Below are positions 10,290-21,899 of a stretch of 64,000 bases of DNA, one piece after another. The notes beneath the pieces are model-generated. The model was not told where the DNA came from. It searched no databases and saw only the letters and a list, made by a program, of their open reading frames with translations. The position numbers and the translations under genes are program-made. Origin of the DNA: Andalucia godoyi And28 (Eukaryota; Protista; Jakobida); NCBI GenBank assembly GCA_009859145.1, contig VRVR01000039.1, positions 64,162 to 128,161 on the forward strand, given 5' to 3'. Position 1 is the first letter of the stretch, and every line of letters begins with the position of its first letter.

Positions 10290-13200
10290 ATGAAGCTCCC
10301 GTCGGATGCATCTGTCAAGGCGAAGTTCTGCTCTTACATGCAACTGGATTTTCTGTTGCTGAATGCGGGAAGTTTATCATCGTCAAACGCAACAGCCAAG
10401 TACGAGGATCACGGAGCGAACGCCGCGCAACTGGAGGATCTGATGTTTGCGGCAAAGGATATGGCATTTCAGTCACTGCGACAAAGCAGCGGCTGCGAGA
10501 CTGTACCAGACTTGCGAATCGCCCCTGTGATCCAAGGATCGCTTCAGGACACGCAGTACGTCTGTGCTGAGCAACGGGTGCCTGGACATTCGCCGACCCC
10601 GGACAGCGATGCGGACGGTGCAGACAAAAAAGGACTCTTCGCTGCGTCGTCACCATCGTCGCCATCGCTGCAACAAGCTGAAAGACAATGGGAACAACTG
10701 TACATGCAGGCCACGGTACCTCTGCTGTTTCGCCCGTTTCGCTACTTTCCAGAAAGTTTGGTGCGCCTCTACTTCCCACACTTGTCAGTCAGCATCGTGA
10801 GGATCATCAACAGTGGGAATGATGCGTTGGACCTCTTGCTACTTCGGCGAACTCTCAAGATTGCACATGGACGCCAGTTCAGACTCGTCAAGAAAGCTCG
10901 GACGATCTTCTCTGAGCTGCACACCAGGAAAGACAGTCGAGAAGCGCCAGAAACAGAGCGAGGTGACGCAGTACTCTCGGAAGAATCCGAGGCGGGGATG
11001 CTGCAGTTCTGCTCAGGGCGGATATCGGCTCTCCGATATGCAGCAGAGACGGATCCGAGTATCCATGCCGCGTGGAACAACAGTTTGAAAAAGATCGAAA
11101 GCAACATGGAGTCTGGGACATCGACCATCATGAAACTCCGAGCCAATCTCCGAAGATTCATACAGCTGCCAGAACTCATCACGAAACCGAAAATCGAGGA
11201 ACCGCTGCACCCAAAAGGATGCATCATCGTCCAGATCCTGGAATGCAAAGACTTGCTGGAGAGAAAGGCAAAGAAACCGTATGTGACAGTCACTCTGGAT
11301 GGCGGTGATATCCGCCAGACTGCAGTTGGGTCATGCGCCAGGAGTCCCGTGTGGAACTCCGAGATCTTCTCGTTTAATCTTCCTTCGAGAGAGAAAACAG
11401 ATGCGCTGTTTCTGCAGGTCTTCAGTAACGACACGTCTTCCTATAAGAATCAGTTTCTCGGTCAGTTCTCGACCCCAGTTGCGAGCCTTGAGCCAGGAAA
11501 GGTTTGCGATCAGTGGGCGACGCTTCAGAAGCGCTCCTACAAATCGCACGTAGCAGGTCAAATTCACTTTCTGGTCCTTTACGAAGAATTTGAAGATGCC
11601 GAAGGCGACAAGGAGAACTTTCGCAGTAGTTCTCGCCAGTCGAAGAGAGCGTCGCTTGTTGAAGACTGCTTTGAAATAGCTTCCCCATCCTCTGGACATG
11701 ATATCTTTCGCGAGCTTGTGGTTCAGTTTGTACACGATGCGGTAGCATCGCAGGTGCTGTCGAAGCAGGACATTCTCCCTCTTGCAGCATTCCGCATCCT
11801 CTTGAATGTTGCCCTGTTTTATGCCATCGACCCTTTAACTGCGCAACTCCTGCTATGCCAAGGCATTGTGAAAGCGTGGGGTGGTCCGCAGATAGCATGC
11901 TTGCCGGCCGGACAGAAGCCTGCGGCGCTTCCATTCGAGGCATTTTCGAAACTGTGTTCGTCCGTACTGGATGACAGTGCTGCCGAGAATATTCTGGTTC
12001 CCGCAGTGCTCGCATCATGCGCGGACAACATCCAAGCACCGATTGTTCAACTGCGATTGACAGTTATCACGGAAATCTGTCAGTTTGGGATCGCACTCAT
12101 CCAGCAATTTGACAAGATCTTCGTCGATGATGGAAGCGGCTTTGGCCTTGCCATTGCGTTCGCAAAAGTACTGGCCTCTTTTCCACTGGTGGTGGACGTA
12201 CAGCCCATTTTTCACAACCTCCGTGAGCTCTTTGTCACAGTCGCCAATACCAAGACAGAGGAGTACATTCAACAGTGGAAGGCGAAATTCGACAAGATCT
12301 GGACTGGAAAGATGTCTCGTCTGGACGATTTTGAGAAGGAACAGCTGGCAAAAGATACGCCTCCATCTCCATCTCCGTCTCCGTCTCCAAGGGCATACGC
12401 GACGGAGCGAGTCCCCGAGCTGAAGATGTCGACTAAACTCCATCGTACTGACGCACTGGAGGATGTGATGGTCGGACGCCTTGTTTTCGTCGTCCGGCAG
12501 ACAGCTCGCGTTTTCGACGGCGTCTGCGCACGTTACGGACGCTTCATTCCTCCATGGACCACGTTTCTAACGGCAATGGCACGTACGATGCTTCGATATG
12601 TGCAGTTTCTCGTGGATGAATATCTGAACAGGCGCTCCATCATCACCCAGAGACGACACACGGAAATCAAAGTTATAACCATTGTCCGTTCGCTGCAGTA
12701 TAACCTTTCCATCTTCCTCGACGAAAGCGACACCATGGACATCAACAGCATCTTTTACTTGGACATCTCCGACTATCTCGCGGAACTGTGCGCACATCTA
12801 CCGGCGTTCGTCAGAGAAGAGATTTCTGAACCGGATGATTTTAAACCCATTTCCAGCGAGACTCCAGTATCTCAGTCCGTGTTGGATTTGTACTCCCTGA
12901 TCCATCTCTTGTTCTTAGCATTCTGCAGACTTGCTCCTGCGAACGGAAATCGCTGCGCAAGCCCAACGAGTGCGGATCCGCAGCAATTTGCGAATGCCTG
13001 GCAAGTCCAGCTCGCGTCCTCCCTCGGCAATTCCGTCCAAGTTTACGGGGATCACCTTCTTGCATCATCCCGAATCATTTTGCAGTCGGAACGTACAGCC
13101 CACAAATCCATGGCCCTCATGCGACCTGCAGTTGATTCAAGGGTGGCTGTTGTCCTCAACAACATTTTCCAGATGCGCAGCTTCAACGAGCAGTTTTTGG

Positions 13201-14045
13201 ATCTCGAGGTTTTAAAGAAGGCCGCAGAAGAAGCTTCGGACGTCTATGGCAAAGCCGTGGGTCCTTTTGTTCTTCAGATCGAGTCGCAGGTATTGGGAAA
13301 CGTGGCAGACACAATCCGCAATGCGTACGCACTCCAGCTGTACATGATGATAGTACTTGGTGGTCTCTCGCTCGCTCGCTCAAACATTGTGTCAAGAGTG
13401 ATTCGCCATCCCCAGGCATCCTTTCTGATCCAGCGAGCAAGAAAGCTGAAAGAGAGGCACAGACAAGATGCGCTGCGAACATTCACAAAGCTTCTGCAGC
13501 AAGAAATCCAGACATTGTCAAGAACGCTGGAGAAACCCGTATTTCAGAGAATGCTGCGCTCCGTCTTTGAGAACTGCATCCTGAAAATTGCGAAGGAAGT
13601 CTGTTTTTCAATTGCCCTGGATCGTCGACATCTGCATGTGTGTGAACGGATTATTCAGCGCCTGTCCGACACACTGCCAGTCGTTCGGGAACTGTTCACA
13701 GGATTCATGAGCGAGCATGCCGCGGATTCCAGTGTCCTAACAGCTGAATACATGGCATCGCAATTTGACGATGTTCTCAAGTTATACAGCACAATTCCCG
13801 TTACCGACAACGTGTTGTGCAGTGTTCTTCAGTCACCAACTGCAGATACGAACCCTGAATCGAGCGACTATGGTCGAGAAACCGCCCTTGTGTTTCTTCT
13901 CGTTCGCGCTCGATTCCACCGGAGCAGGAATGCCCAACAGTGCATTGACTCCATTCTCGAAGACCTGCCAAGCGAGATGCTGGAACGCGTCCATCACAGA
14001 TGGGATCAAGTCCTCGGGCAAGACCTTTTCCGTGTTGTAACGTAG
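10290..14045 (+). CDS. Munc13/BAIAP3-like C2 + MUN-domain vesicle tethering/priming protein
   Basis: 1251 aa from ATG 10290; C2 domain (IIVQILECKDL...PYVTVTL...SPVWNSEIFSF...FLGQF...WATLQKRSYKSHVAGQIH) followed by a long all-helical region with MUN-like motifs. Confidence 0.72.
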   Translation: MKLPSDASVKAKFCSYMQLDFLLLNAGSLSSSNATAKYEDHGANAAQLEDLMFAAKDMAFQSLRQSSGCETVPDLRIAPVIQGSLQDTQYVCAEQRVPGHSPTPDSDADGADKKGLFAASSPSSPSLQQAERQWEQLYMQATVPLLFRPFRYFPESLVRLYFPHLSVSIVRIINSGNDALDLLLLRRTLKIAHGRQFRLVKKARTIFSELHTRKDSREAPETERGDAVLSEESEAGMLQFCSGRISALRYAAETDPSIHAAWNNSLKKIESNMESGTSTIMKLRANLRRFIQLPELITKPKIEEPLHPKGCIIVQILECKDLLERKAKKPYVTVTLDGGDIRQTAVGSCARSPVWNSEIFSFNLPSREKTDALFLQVFSNDTSSYKNQFLGQFSTPVASLEPGKVCDQWATLQKRSYKSHVAGQIHFLVLYEEFEDAEGDKENFRSSSRQSKRASLVEDCFEIASPSSGHDIFRELVVQFVHDAVASQVLSKQDILPLAAFRILLNVALFYAIDPLTAQLLLCQGIVKAWGGPQIACLPAGQKPAALPFEAFSKLCSSVLDDSAAENILVPAVLASCADNIQAPIVQLRLTVITEICQFGIALIQQFDKIFVDDGSGFGLAIAFAKVLASFPLVVDVQPIFHNLRELFVTVANTKTEEYIQQWKAKFDKIWTGKMSRLDDFEKEQLAKDTPPSPSPSPSPRAYATERVPELKMSTKLHRTDALEDVMVGRLVFVVRQTARVFDGVCARYGRFIPPWTTFLTAMARTMLRYVQFLVDEYLNRRSIITQRRHTEIKVITIVRSLQYNLSIFLDESDTMDINSIFYLDISDYLAELCAHLPAFVREEISEPDDFKPISSETPVSQSVLDLYSLIHLLFLAFCRLAPANGNRCASPTSADPQQFANAWQVQLASSLGNSVQVYGDHLLASSRIILQSERTAHKSMALMRPAVDSRVAVVLNNIFQMRSFNEQFLDLEVLKKAAEEASDVYGKAVGPFVLQIESQVLGNVADTIRNAYALQLYMMIVLGGLSLARSNIVSRVIRHPQASFLIQRARKLKERHRQDALRTFTKLLQQEIQTLSRTLEKPVFQRMLRSVFENCILKIAKEVCFSIALDRRHLHVCERIIQRLSDTLPVVRELFTGFMSEHAADSSVLTAEYMASQFDDVLKLYSTIPVTDNVLCSVLQSPTADTNPESSDYGRETALVFLLVRARFHRSRNAQQCIDSILEDLPSEMLERVHHRWDQVLGQDLFRVVT

Positions 14046-14862
14046 TCCTTTTCCAAAACATCCCGCTTGCCAAAACATGAATCATGATTGATCATCGGCT
14101 GAGCTGTCATCAAAGACAGATCCAGTTTGGGCAGAGCACCACCTCTTCAATGCAGATTGCTCTGCATCAAGGGGTCATCGCTTCTTCTTCTTGCTCTCGG
14201 CCTCCGACGAGAGGGTCGGACATGGCCGGTTTGAGTTTGTTGGGAAGGTCCCTCTTTGGAGCCATGCGATGTGGTTTGTCTCTGATGAAGGGTGATGTTT
14301 GAGGGACCGATTACCAAAACCACAAACAGAAGAAAAAGCACGAGAGAAATTCTACACTTGACTACGGTAGGGGCACAGAAGCTTGCTAGCCGACCGACTC
14401 CAATGAAAAGCCCCGAACAACCCAGCACAAGCCTACAAAACAGCTGTCAAATGCCATCAATTTTTCCAAAGGATCCGTTCACCGTTTCCATCTCCCGCAG
14501 GTCAGAATCTCCCTTCTCCCTCTCTATGCGACCGTACCTGAGCATCAGGAAAACAAAAAATCAGCTACCTGACACGGCGGTCATCGCTGACACCGCTCAA
14601 AAAAAAAGATCGTTGAATGGTTCGTGTCTCCTCTTTTGATCCAAGTTTTTTTGCTTTTGCATCCTTTTCTCTCTCTCTCTCTCTTTCTCTCTGTCTCTGT
14701 CTCTGTCTCTGTCTCTGTCTCTCTTTTCTTTCATTCATTCATTCATTTTTTTTTTGGTGTGTGTGTGTGTGTGTTGGTGTTTTCCCTTTTAGTATTTGTT
14801 TCCTTTTTTAATCATTATTTTAAATTCGAGTTTGTGTCTTAGTGTTGGTGGGTGAGTGAGCT

Positions 14863-17064
14863 ATGGGCAAAACGAAACCAGAGCCAGCGGGAACAAGCGG
14901 ATCGCCCGCACCAGGCATCGTTGCCTCGATTCCTGGTCCCGTCACGGATCGCCGCTGCACTGATATATTCTTCCTGCTGCTCTTCATTGCATTCTGGATT
15001 GGGATGATCGTCGTGGCATCCATCTCGCTTGCGCAGGGTGATCCTCGCCGCTTGTACAAGCCAACGGATGTCTATGGAAACTTTTGCGGTATGGACAACA
15101 CGCTGTTCACAAAGGGTCTCATCTATGACTTTGACACAGCGATCCAAGGACAGAACACTTCGAATTGCAATATTCGTAACCCAACTACCGATCAGAAGAA
15201 GAACTGCGACATGCGGATCAACTTCATCAATGAAGAATATCTGGTGTTTTTGAATCCGTCAACGTATCTTGGTTACGGCGGTTTCTGCGCATCCAAGTGC
15301 CCTGCGATGAACTCAAACAACACAATCACTTGCCCGAACCCGACTTCAAAGTACACCGCACCGCGCGGACGCCCGACGATTGTGGCGAACAGTGGTTCGA
15401 CAACTTCGACTCGGTGTGCATATGATCGGTACTCCATGTGGCAAGGAACCTCGCCCATTCCTACAGAGTCCAGTTACCCTGCTTCTGTTTCAAATGGTGT
15501 GTATCTGGATTCCTCGAACAACCCTTGGTCCCCGCGCTCGGATTTCCTGATCTCGTCTGTGCCGTCGAGTGGTGCCACTGGAGTGGTACAGTCCACGTCC
15601 TTTGTGTTCCGCTGTATCCCGAATTCGGGTCTTGATCCGTCTGGATCCTCCGCTGCTGCGAAGCTTGGGGATCAGTGGGGGCAGTTTTGGGGAGACGTGA
15701 CTCGCTGCTGGAGGATTTTCCTCATTTGCACAGCGACGGCATTCGTTGGTGGATTCGTGTGGCTGTTGCTGATGAAGGTGTTTGCTGGAGCTTTTGTGTG
15801 GATCACGATCTTACTGTGCTTTGCTCTCCTTGTTTTCATCGGATGGTACTTCACGGATCGAGCGCAGCAGAAGGAGGATGCGAATCCGTCGAGCGCGGAT
15901 GACAACGACACCAAGGCGCTGCGGTATACCGGATATGCATTCTATGCGTGTGCATTCATCTTTTTCTGCGTGATTGTATTTTTGAGAAAGCGCATCCAGC
16001 TGGCTATTGCAATCGTCAAGGAGGCGTCTGACGCCATCCGCGATATGCCTTTGATCATCTTCTTCCCGTTGTGGATGGTTATCATTGTTGGCGGCTTTTT
16101 GGCGTACTGGATCGCGGTTGCTTGCTACCTCATGTCCATCGCCGATCCTTCTATTGACTGGCAGACCATGAACGGGTTTGAGCGCCCAGGTGAGATTGAT
16201 TGGTCCTTCTCGGCCTCGATGCGCTACGTTCTCATCTATCACTTCTTTGGGCTCTTGTGGACTCTTGGGTTCCTGCTTGCCATTGTGTTCCTGGTCATTG
16301 CCATTGCTATGGCGACGTGGTACTTTATCGAGCCTCCCAAGCAGTCGCTTCCGAGTCATCCAGTCCTGTCTGCTGTGGGAACGACTCTGCGTTACCATCT
16401 TGGAACTCTGGCATTTGGTTCGCTGATCATTGCGATCGTTCAGTTCATCCGTGCCATGATCCTCTACTTCCACAAGCAGATTGAGAAGTTCTCGGAGAAC
16501 ACACCGTGCCAATGCTGCGTCAAGTGCCTCATTTGCTACTGCCAATGCTGCCTTTCTTATCTCCAGCGGTTCCTCGAATTCATTTCCAAGAATGCATATG
16601 TTCAAACTGCAGTGAATGGCTATTCATTCTGCAAGGCTGCCAAGCGTGCATGGTCTCTCATCTGCGATAATCTTGCCCGCATCGGAACCGTCAACTTTGT
16701 TGCTGACTTCATTACATTTACAGGAAAATTGGCCATTGTGATCGGAAACTGCTGCCTTGCTCTCTACCTGACCAAACAAGACTGGGCTGTTACCGATGGC
16801 GCCGATGAACTCCACTCGCCGGTTCTCATTGTTGTCATTGTCTTTATCATCACTTGGTTTATTGCACAGCTCTTCATGCACGTTTATGAATCTGCCATTG
16901 TTGCTCTCCTTGTGTGCTTCCTGGTCGACGAATCCGACTATGGTGGACGCTTCTGCTCACCGACCCTCAAGAAGTATTGCGAGGTCGACGAGGACGATGG
17001 CAAGAAGGTCAAGAAAGCAAACGCCAAGGCTGCCAAGGACGCGAAGAATGCCAAGAACGCGTGA
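14863..17064 (+). CDS. Choline transporter-like protein (CTL/SLC44)
   Basis: RRCTDIFFLLLF, GDPRRL...DVYGNFCG, Cys-rich ectodomain, RYHLGTLAFGSLII, FISKNAYVQTAVNGYSFCKAAKRAW. Confidence 0.95.
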   Translation: MGKTKPEPAGTSGSPAPGIVASIPGPVTDRRCTDIFFLLLFIAFWIGMIVVASISLAQGDPRRLYKPTDVYGNFCGMDNTLFTKGLIYDFDTAIQGQNTSNCNIRNPTTDQKKNCDMRINFINEEYLVFLNPSTYLGYGGFCASKCPAMNSNNTITCPNPTSKYTAPRGRPTIVANSGSTTSTRCAYDRYSMWQGTSPIPTESSYPASVSNGVYLDSSNNPWSPRSDFLISSVPSSGATGVVQSTSFVFRCIPNSGLDPSGSSAAAKLGDQWGQFWGDVTRCWRIFLICTATAFVGGFVWLLLMKVFAGAFVWITILLCFALLVFIGWYFTDRAQQKEDANPSSADDNDTKALRYTGYAFYACAFIFFCVIVFLRKRIQLAIAIVKEASDAIRDMPLIIFFPLWMVIIVGGFLAYWIAVACYLMSIADPSIDWQTMNGFERPGEIDWSFSASMRYVLIYHFFGLLWTLGFLLAIVFLVIAIAMATWYFIEPPKQSLPSHPVLSAVGTTLRYHLGTLAFGSLIIAIVQFIRAMILYFHKQIEKFSENTPCQCCVKCLICYCQCCLSYLQRFLEFISKNAYVQTAVNGYSFCKAAKRAWSLICDNLARIGTVNFVADFITFTGKLAIVIGNCCLALYLTKQDWAVTDGADELHSPVLIVVIVFIITWFIAQLFMHVYESAIVALLVCFLVDESDYGGRFCSPTLKKYCEVDEDDGKKVKKANAKAAKDAKNAKNA

Positions 17065-17232
17065 CAATGAGAGCGTCTTGACGACTTGTTCCCTCTCCAA
17101 TTGACAGTGAAAAGATAAATAATTAAAATAAAAAGAAGCAGCGAAAAGCACAGTAGCATATCGTCGAGCCTTTCCTTTAGCACTGTTGAGCGTCGTGCTC
17201 ATCCTTTTTCTTCGTCTCCTTTAATGGAAATG

Positions 17233-17865
17233 CTACAGATCAAGCTGCATGACGATATCGCATTCGAATCGCTTGGAAGTGCAAGCATCGATGCGGCGGA
17301 ACCCGTGCTTTTCGTACAGTTTCGTTGCTGGTTGCAGAACCGAAACCGTGTCGAGGATGCATGTTTTGAAACCTCGAGCGCGCGCCTCCTCCACGAAGTA
17401 TTCCAGGCACGCATCCCCAATTCTCTTTCCACGATGCTCCACCCGCAAAAACATCTTTTGCAGCTCGCACTCACTCTCTGACTCGTATGCAATCGCAAAT
17501 AATCCTACAATAGCCGGCTCCTCATCACTACCGGCCTTGGCACTGGCATTCGCACTGGCATTAACACTGTTGCTGCTACTTGTGCAATGACAAGACGAAG
17601 AGGAAGACGGCGGTGAATACAGAATGACCCAGCACTGTCCGTTGTGCTCCGGTGCATGGTAGTAGGAATGCAAACAAGTAAGTGCCCTATCGCCGTCGTC
17701 GAGCAACAGCGGAAGTTTATAATGCTCTAAAATCTCAGAAACGAGCGGAATCACAACCTCTCGATCGCTGTCCAGTGCTTCCCGCAGCATGTATCCTTGC
17801 TCTCCAAGCCCCCGAATCGCAAAACTGCGCGGGACGAAACACTCGGTCGACCTCTGCTTCTCCAT
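17233..17865 (-). CDS. GNAT-family acetyltransferase
   Basis: CELQKMFLRVEHRGKRIG (motif A), LDTVSVLQPATKLYEKHGF (motif B); ATG at 17865. Confidence 0.9.
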   Translation of the reverse strand: MEKQRSTECFVPRSFAIRGLGEQGYMLREALDSDREVVIPLVSEILEHYKLPLLLDDGDRALTCLHSYYHAPEHNGQCWVILYSPPSSSSSCHCTSSSNSVNASANASAKAGSDEEPAIVGLFAIAYESESECELQKMFLRVEHRGKRIGDACLEYFVEEARARGFKTCILDTVSVLQPATKLYEKHGFRRIDACTSKRFECDIVMQLDL

Positions 17866-18264
17866 CTCATAAAACGCAATCCACTCAAACTCCAATCTCG
17901 AGCGCTAAGTGCACGACCACAAGAAGAAACCTTTCCTCTCTCACAAGAAACATGAATAAAGAAACATGAATAAAGAAAAAAGAAAAGAAAAGTATTATAG
18001 CATTACGCAAATAAAGCAGATCGAAAAAACAAAAGGAAACCTTGTTTTTCGTCCCGTCGATCGTATAGCTGCTGCCTTGCAGTCTTTTGCTGCTTCAGCA
18101 TGCCAGCAAGCTACGCAGCTGGGGTAGTTTGTGCACGCTTTTTTCTTCATCCATTCTGGTTCTGCGCATTCTCCACGTCGTTTGGGATCGCGTCGTTTCC
18201 ATTCATTCGTTGTAGAGGTGTGCTAGGGTCGCCGGATTGTGCAGTTTGTATCAGCTAGAAAAAT

Positions 18265-18981
18265 ATGGACGCGATTACGAGTTTGTACAAACGGGCTCTT
18301 TCTCTCGGAAGCAAAAGTTCGAATCCCAGCTCTACTCGCAATAGCAGTGGCGCTGCCGGTGCGAGTATGCCGAATGGAAGCAGTGCGAGTCCGACGGTGA
18401 AGCACGTGAATTTGCATGACCTTGCTGGTGTTCGTCGACTCCTCGACGATGAAATCCGGTCTCTCATACCGTCGCTCGGTTATGAATTGCAGCACCATGC
18501 GACCGACGCCAAGCATCTTCTTTCGCTTCTTGCATGTCTCACTGCACTGGCTGCCCACTTTTTCATTGGTCCATTCCCTGCGAATCGTACGAAACTCGCA
18601 CTCTGCTGCGCCGTGTTCTTCGCTCTTGCGATCGCAATCGAGCTGCTATCGTATGTCGTGGGCCGATCATGCGTCCTCTTTGCAACAGCGGCTCGAAAAT
18701 CCAAGCCTAAACATGCCCCGGTCATCCGCATCGACTCCACCATCCGCGGAAGTGACGCCGTGTACGCCGTCTCGTTTTCCACTCTATCCAATTGCGGCAC
18801 TGTCGGTCTGTTCTCACGATACACTGGACGCAACAATACCAGTCGTGGTGGTGCAAGCCAGAGCAACACGAAGAGCATAGAGGCGCCGATTGCAACATTC
18901 TTCACATCAAAAGGCGAGTTTGCAGACGCAGCGTTCAGTGCGTGGATCGCCGAGCACTTGTTTCTTCTAAAGACCGCCTGA
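18265..18981 (+). CDS. SPCS2: Signal peptidase complex subunit 2 (SPC25)
   Basis: VNLHDLAGVRRLLDD...GYE...two TM helices with PFP loop...ATFFTSKGEF, the SPC25 family pattern. Confidence 0.85.
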   Translation: MDAITSLYKRALSLGSKSSNPSSTRNSSGAAGASMPNGSSASPTVKHVNLHDLAGVRRLLDDEIRSLIPSLGYELQHHATDAKHLLSLLACLTALAAHFFIGPFPANRTKLALCCAVFFALAIAIELLSYVVGRSCVLFATAARKSKPKHAPVIRIDSTIRGSDAVYAVSFSTLSNCGTVGLFSRYTGRNNTSRGGASQSNTKSIEAPIATFFTSKGEFADAAFSAWIAEHLFLLKTA

Positions 18982-19131
18982 TCTTGATCTTGACTGGGGT
19001 GGTAGCTCTCTTCTGCCGAGTCGCCTCGAAGGAATAATAAATTAATAAACGCACGAACCAAATGCATTTCTCCCGCTTGTCTTGGTTGCAATTTACGTGG
19101 GACTCGTCCTCTTTCGAAAACAATTATTCTG

Positions 19132-21808
19132 TCAATCGCTGTCATCCTCAAATAAAGACTTACGGGGAGGCGGAGGCGGCATTGCAGGACCTTTCTTCTG
19201 ACTTGGCGCCCCACCTCTCGTGCTCCTTCCAGCAGCAGTAGACTGGTCATCATCGTCCTCGTCATCATCAAACAGCGAAGGCTTCTTGGCAGCGCTGGCG
19301 GTGGTACTTGCTGTTGTTGACGGCGTCGGTGTGGGCTTTTTCAAAGCTTGTGCTTGCGGCAATTTATCACTCGCACCATTGTCGTCGTCTTCATCATCAT
19401 CGAAGAGTGACGGCTTGGCAACAGGCTTTGCAGCAGGCTTTGACGATGCTGTTGTTGCTGTCATCGGCGGCAACGAAGCTGGCTGAGACGTACTGGTGGT
19501 TGAAGGTGGTTTGGCTTGAGAAGACGCAGATGATCCTGCTGCTGCTGCAGAAGTAGAGGCAGTCGTGGCAGTCGGAGCAGCGGAAGGGTCGCTGGATGCC
19601 GGGCGCTTGGTGCGGCGGACGCGTGTCGCTGTCGCATGCGTCAGCTTCTGCGAACTCATTTCATCCTCATCCTTCCCTCTTTGCAGCCCAGCAGGTGTGT
19701 TTGCACTTGGCACAGATGCTGAAACAGCAGCTGCTGAAGACGGCGTTCCTGAAGAAGAGGAGGAAGGGGACGGTCGCGGTCCGAGAAGTGCAGAAAGATT
19801 CGCGGCAAACGCAGCTTTTGCATTCTTCGGCGGTTCTTCGTTTTCCTTTTCCTTTTGAGGCGTAGCTCGCTGTTGCTCTTCCGCAACCGGCTTGTCTTTG
19901 TTTGCTTCGTCCCTCTTGGCAGCAGCAGGCGCAGCAGCAGGAGCGGGTTTGAATGCGGGAGAGTCCACCTCGTCGTCGTCATCATCAAACAGTGACGGCT
20001 TCTTTGCAGCTGGCTTTGGCATCCCGCTGGCAGCACTACCGGAAGCAGCCGTGGAAGGTGTTCTATTGCTCGTGACGTTGCCAGCCACAGGAGCAGGGGT
20101 TGCCTTCTTTGCAACCACGGGAGTCCTCTTCTCCTCCTCGTCATCAGACTCGTCAAAGAGCGATGGTTTCTTCGCACTGGATGTCACCGGAGTGGTCGTG
20201 GCGGGAGCAGGGGCAGGAGCAGAAGCACTCGGAACCGGAGCACTCGCAGCTGGAGTGCTGGTACCCGGATTTGACGATGGAGTAGGTTTGGGCTGTGGAA
20301 CTGGCTTCGGTTTAAACGAATGCACACTCTCGTCATCGTCATCGTCATCAAATAGAGATGGCTTCTTTGAAGCCGGAGCCGGAGCCGGAGCCGGAGCAAG
20401 GATTGCAGCTGGAGCTGGAGCTGGAACTGGAGTTGCGACTGGAGCCGGAGCTGAAGCTGGAGCCGGGGCCATCGGTGCAGGTGCAGGTGCAGGTGCAGCA
20501 GTAGTTGCACTCGACACAGATGTATTTTCCGTCTTCTTTTGGACTTCTGCACGAGGCTGTTCGTCATCGGACCATCCATCGGAATCATCATCCTTGGTCT
20601 TCTTTTGCGTTGCAGCACCAGCCGGCATGGGGTCATTGCGTCGTTTCGCAAGTGCCGACATCAGTGCATTCCTGTGCGCATCGCCTTTGTCTTCATCCTT
20701 CTTTTCTGCACCCTCTGCAATCTCGGTCGAATCAGCTGATGCTGTAGTGGCAGCAGTCGTCGTTGTAGTGGCAGTAGTAGCAGTAGTGGCGGTGGAAGAA
20801 GAAGAAAATCCACCCGATAAGAAATCGTCGTCGTCATCATCTTCAAACAATGATTTCTTCGCACTCCTTTCTGTGCCTGCCGTAACGGACGATGAAGATG
20901 TTGATGCTGGTGGAGGTGGTGGTGGTGGAGGCGGTGGTGGAGGAGGCGGTGGTGGAGGAGCGCCGGTAGTTGGAGCTTGCATTGCACTAGTAGATGAAGG
21001 GGCAGCAGAAGAAGAAGAAGAAGGAGGAGGAGGTGGTGGTGGTGGAGCACCAGCAGGGAGTGCCTCCAGCGGTCGGGACTCGACTTGAGAAGAAGAAGCG
21101 ACGATGCGGTCAATTGCGGCCTGATGTTTGCGTGCAGCCGCGTCAACGACTGCGGTTTGAGCAGGGTGCAAAGGAAGAGGTGCCGTGCAGCCGCGGACCG
21201 CCTCCCATTCTGCCGTGCCAATGATGACTGGCAGCTTCTTCCATCCGTACAGTCCATCCACGTCTCCCTTGCCTTGGACACCCGATTCGCTTGGTTCCTG
21301 TCCATCCACAACACCCAATGAAGACGCCTGCGACTGAAGTTGAAGCTGAGCGGAAGAGCGATGCGACGCGGCCGCAAGCGAGGCGAGGAACTGCGACGCA
21401 GTGCGGATGGCCATCGAATACGCGCCAAGCAACTGTGCCTCGCGATTGCCCTCCGCAGTGCTTCCTGCGCCTCCTGCACCCGGTGCAGCCGTCGACGGCG
21501 CAGAAGAAGAAGAGGTGCTACCGGTTGTAGCCGCGCCACCGGTTGATGCAGAAGAAGAAGCCGTAGCAGAGGACGAGAGGTCGTCGTACACGCGGTTCTC
21601 GATAAACTGCGAGTTGGAAAGCATCAGGAGCTCGTTGAACGAAGAGTGCAGATCCACATCGGTCGACCGAACATCATACACAATGTCGTCGACGTGATGC
21701 TGGACGATTTGCACCGAGGACAGCAGCCGCGAACAGACTCCTTCCAAATGAGAAAGCAGCAGCTTGTCGCTCGTAAGCGTCCAATTCGAAACGCTCGCAC
21801 GAAGCTCT

Positions 21809-21813
<5 letters not shown>
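19132..21813 (-). CDS. WASHC2: WASH complex subunit 2 (FAM21)
   Basis: N-terminal NWTLTSDKLLL...SFNELLMLSNSQFIENRVYDD head, 7 SLF(D/E)-acidic LFa repeats, CapZ-interaction-like LTHATATRVRRTKRP motif. Confidence 0.93.
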
Positions 21814-21883
<70 letters not shown>

Positions 21884-21899
21884 GTCTGTCTGTCTGTCT
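21814..21899. repeat. (CT)~33 plus (TCTG)5 microsatellite directly abutting the WASHC2 start codon
   Basis: Read directly from the sequence. Confidence 0.95.

Noticed and set aside
14340-14385. Minus-strand GCTTCT...TCAAGTGTAG resembling the U2 snRNA 5' end
   Set aside because: The branch-recognition GTAGTA is GTAGAA, and stem I, stem IIa and the Sm site are not present
19892-21088. 398-aa plus-strand ORF
   Set aside because: Antisense read-through of the low-complexity Ala/Pro/Ser FAM21 tail
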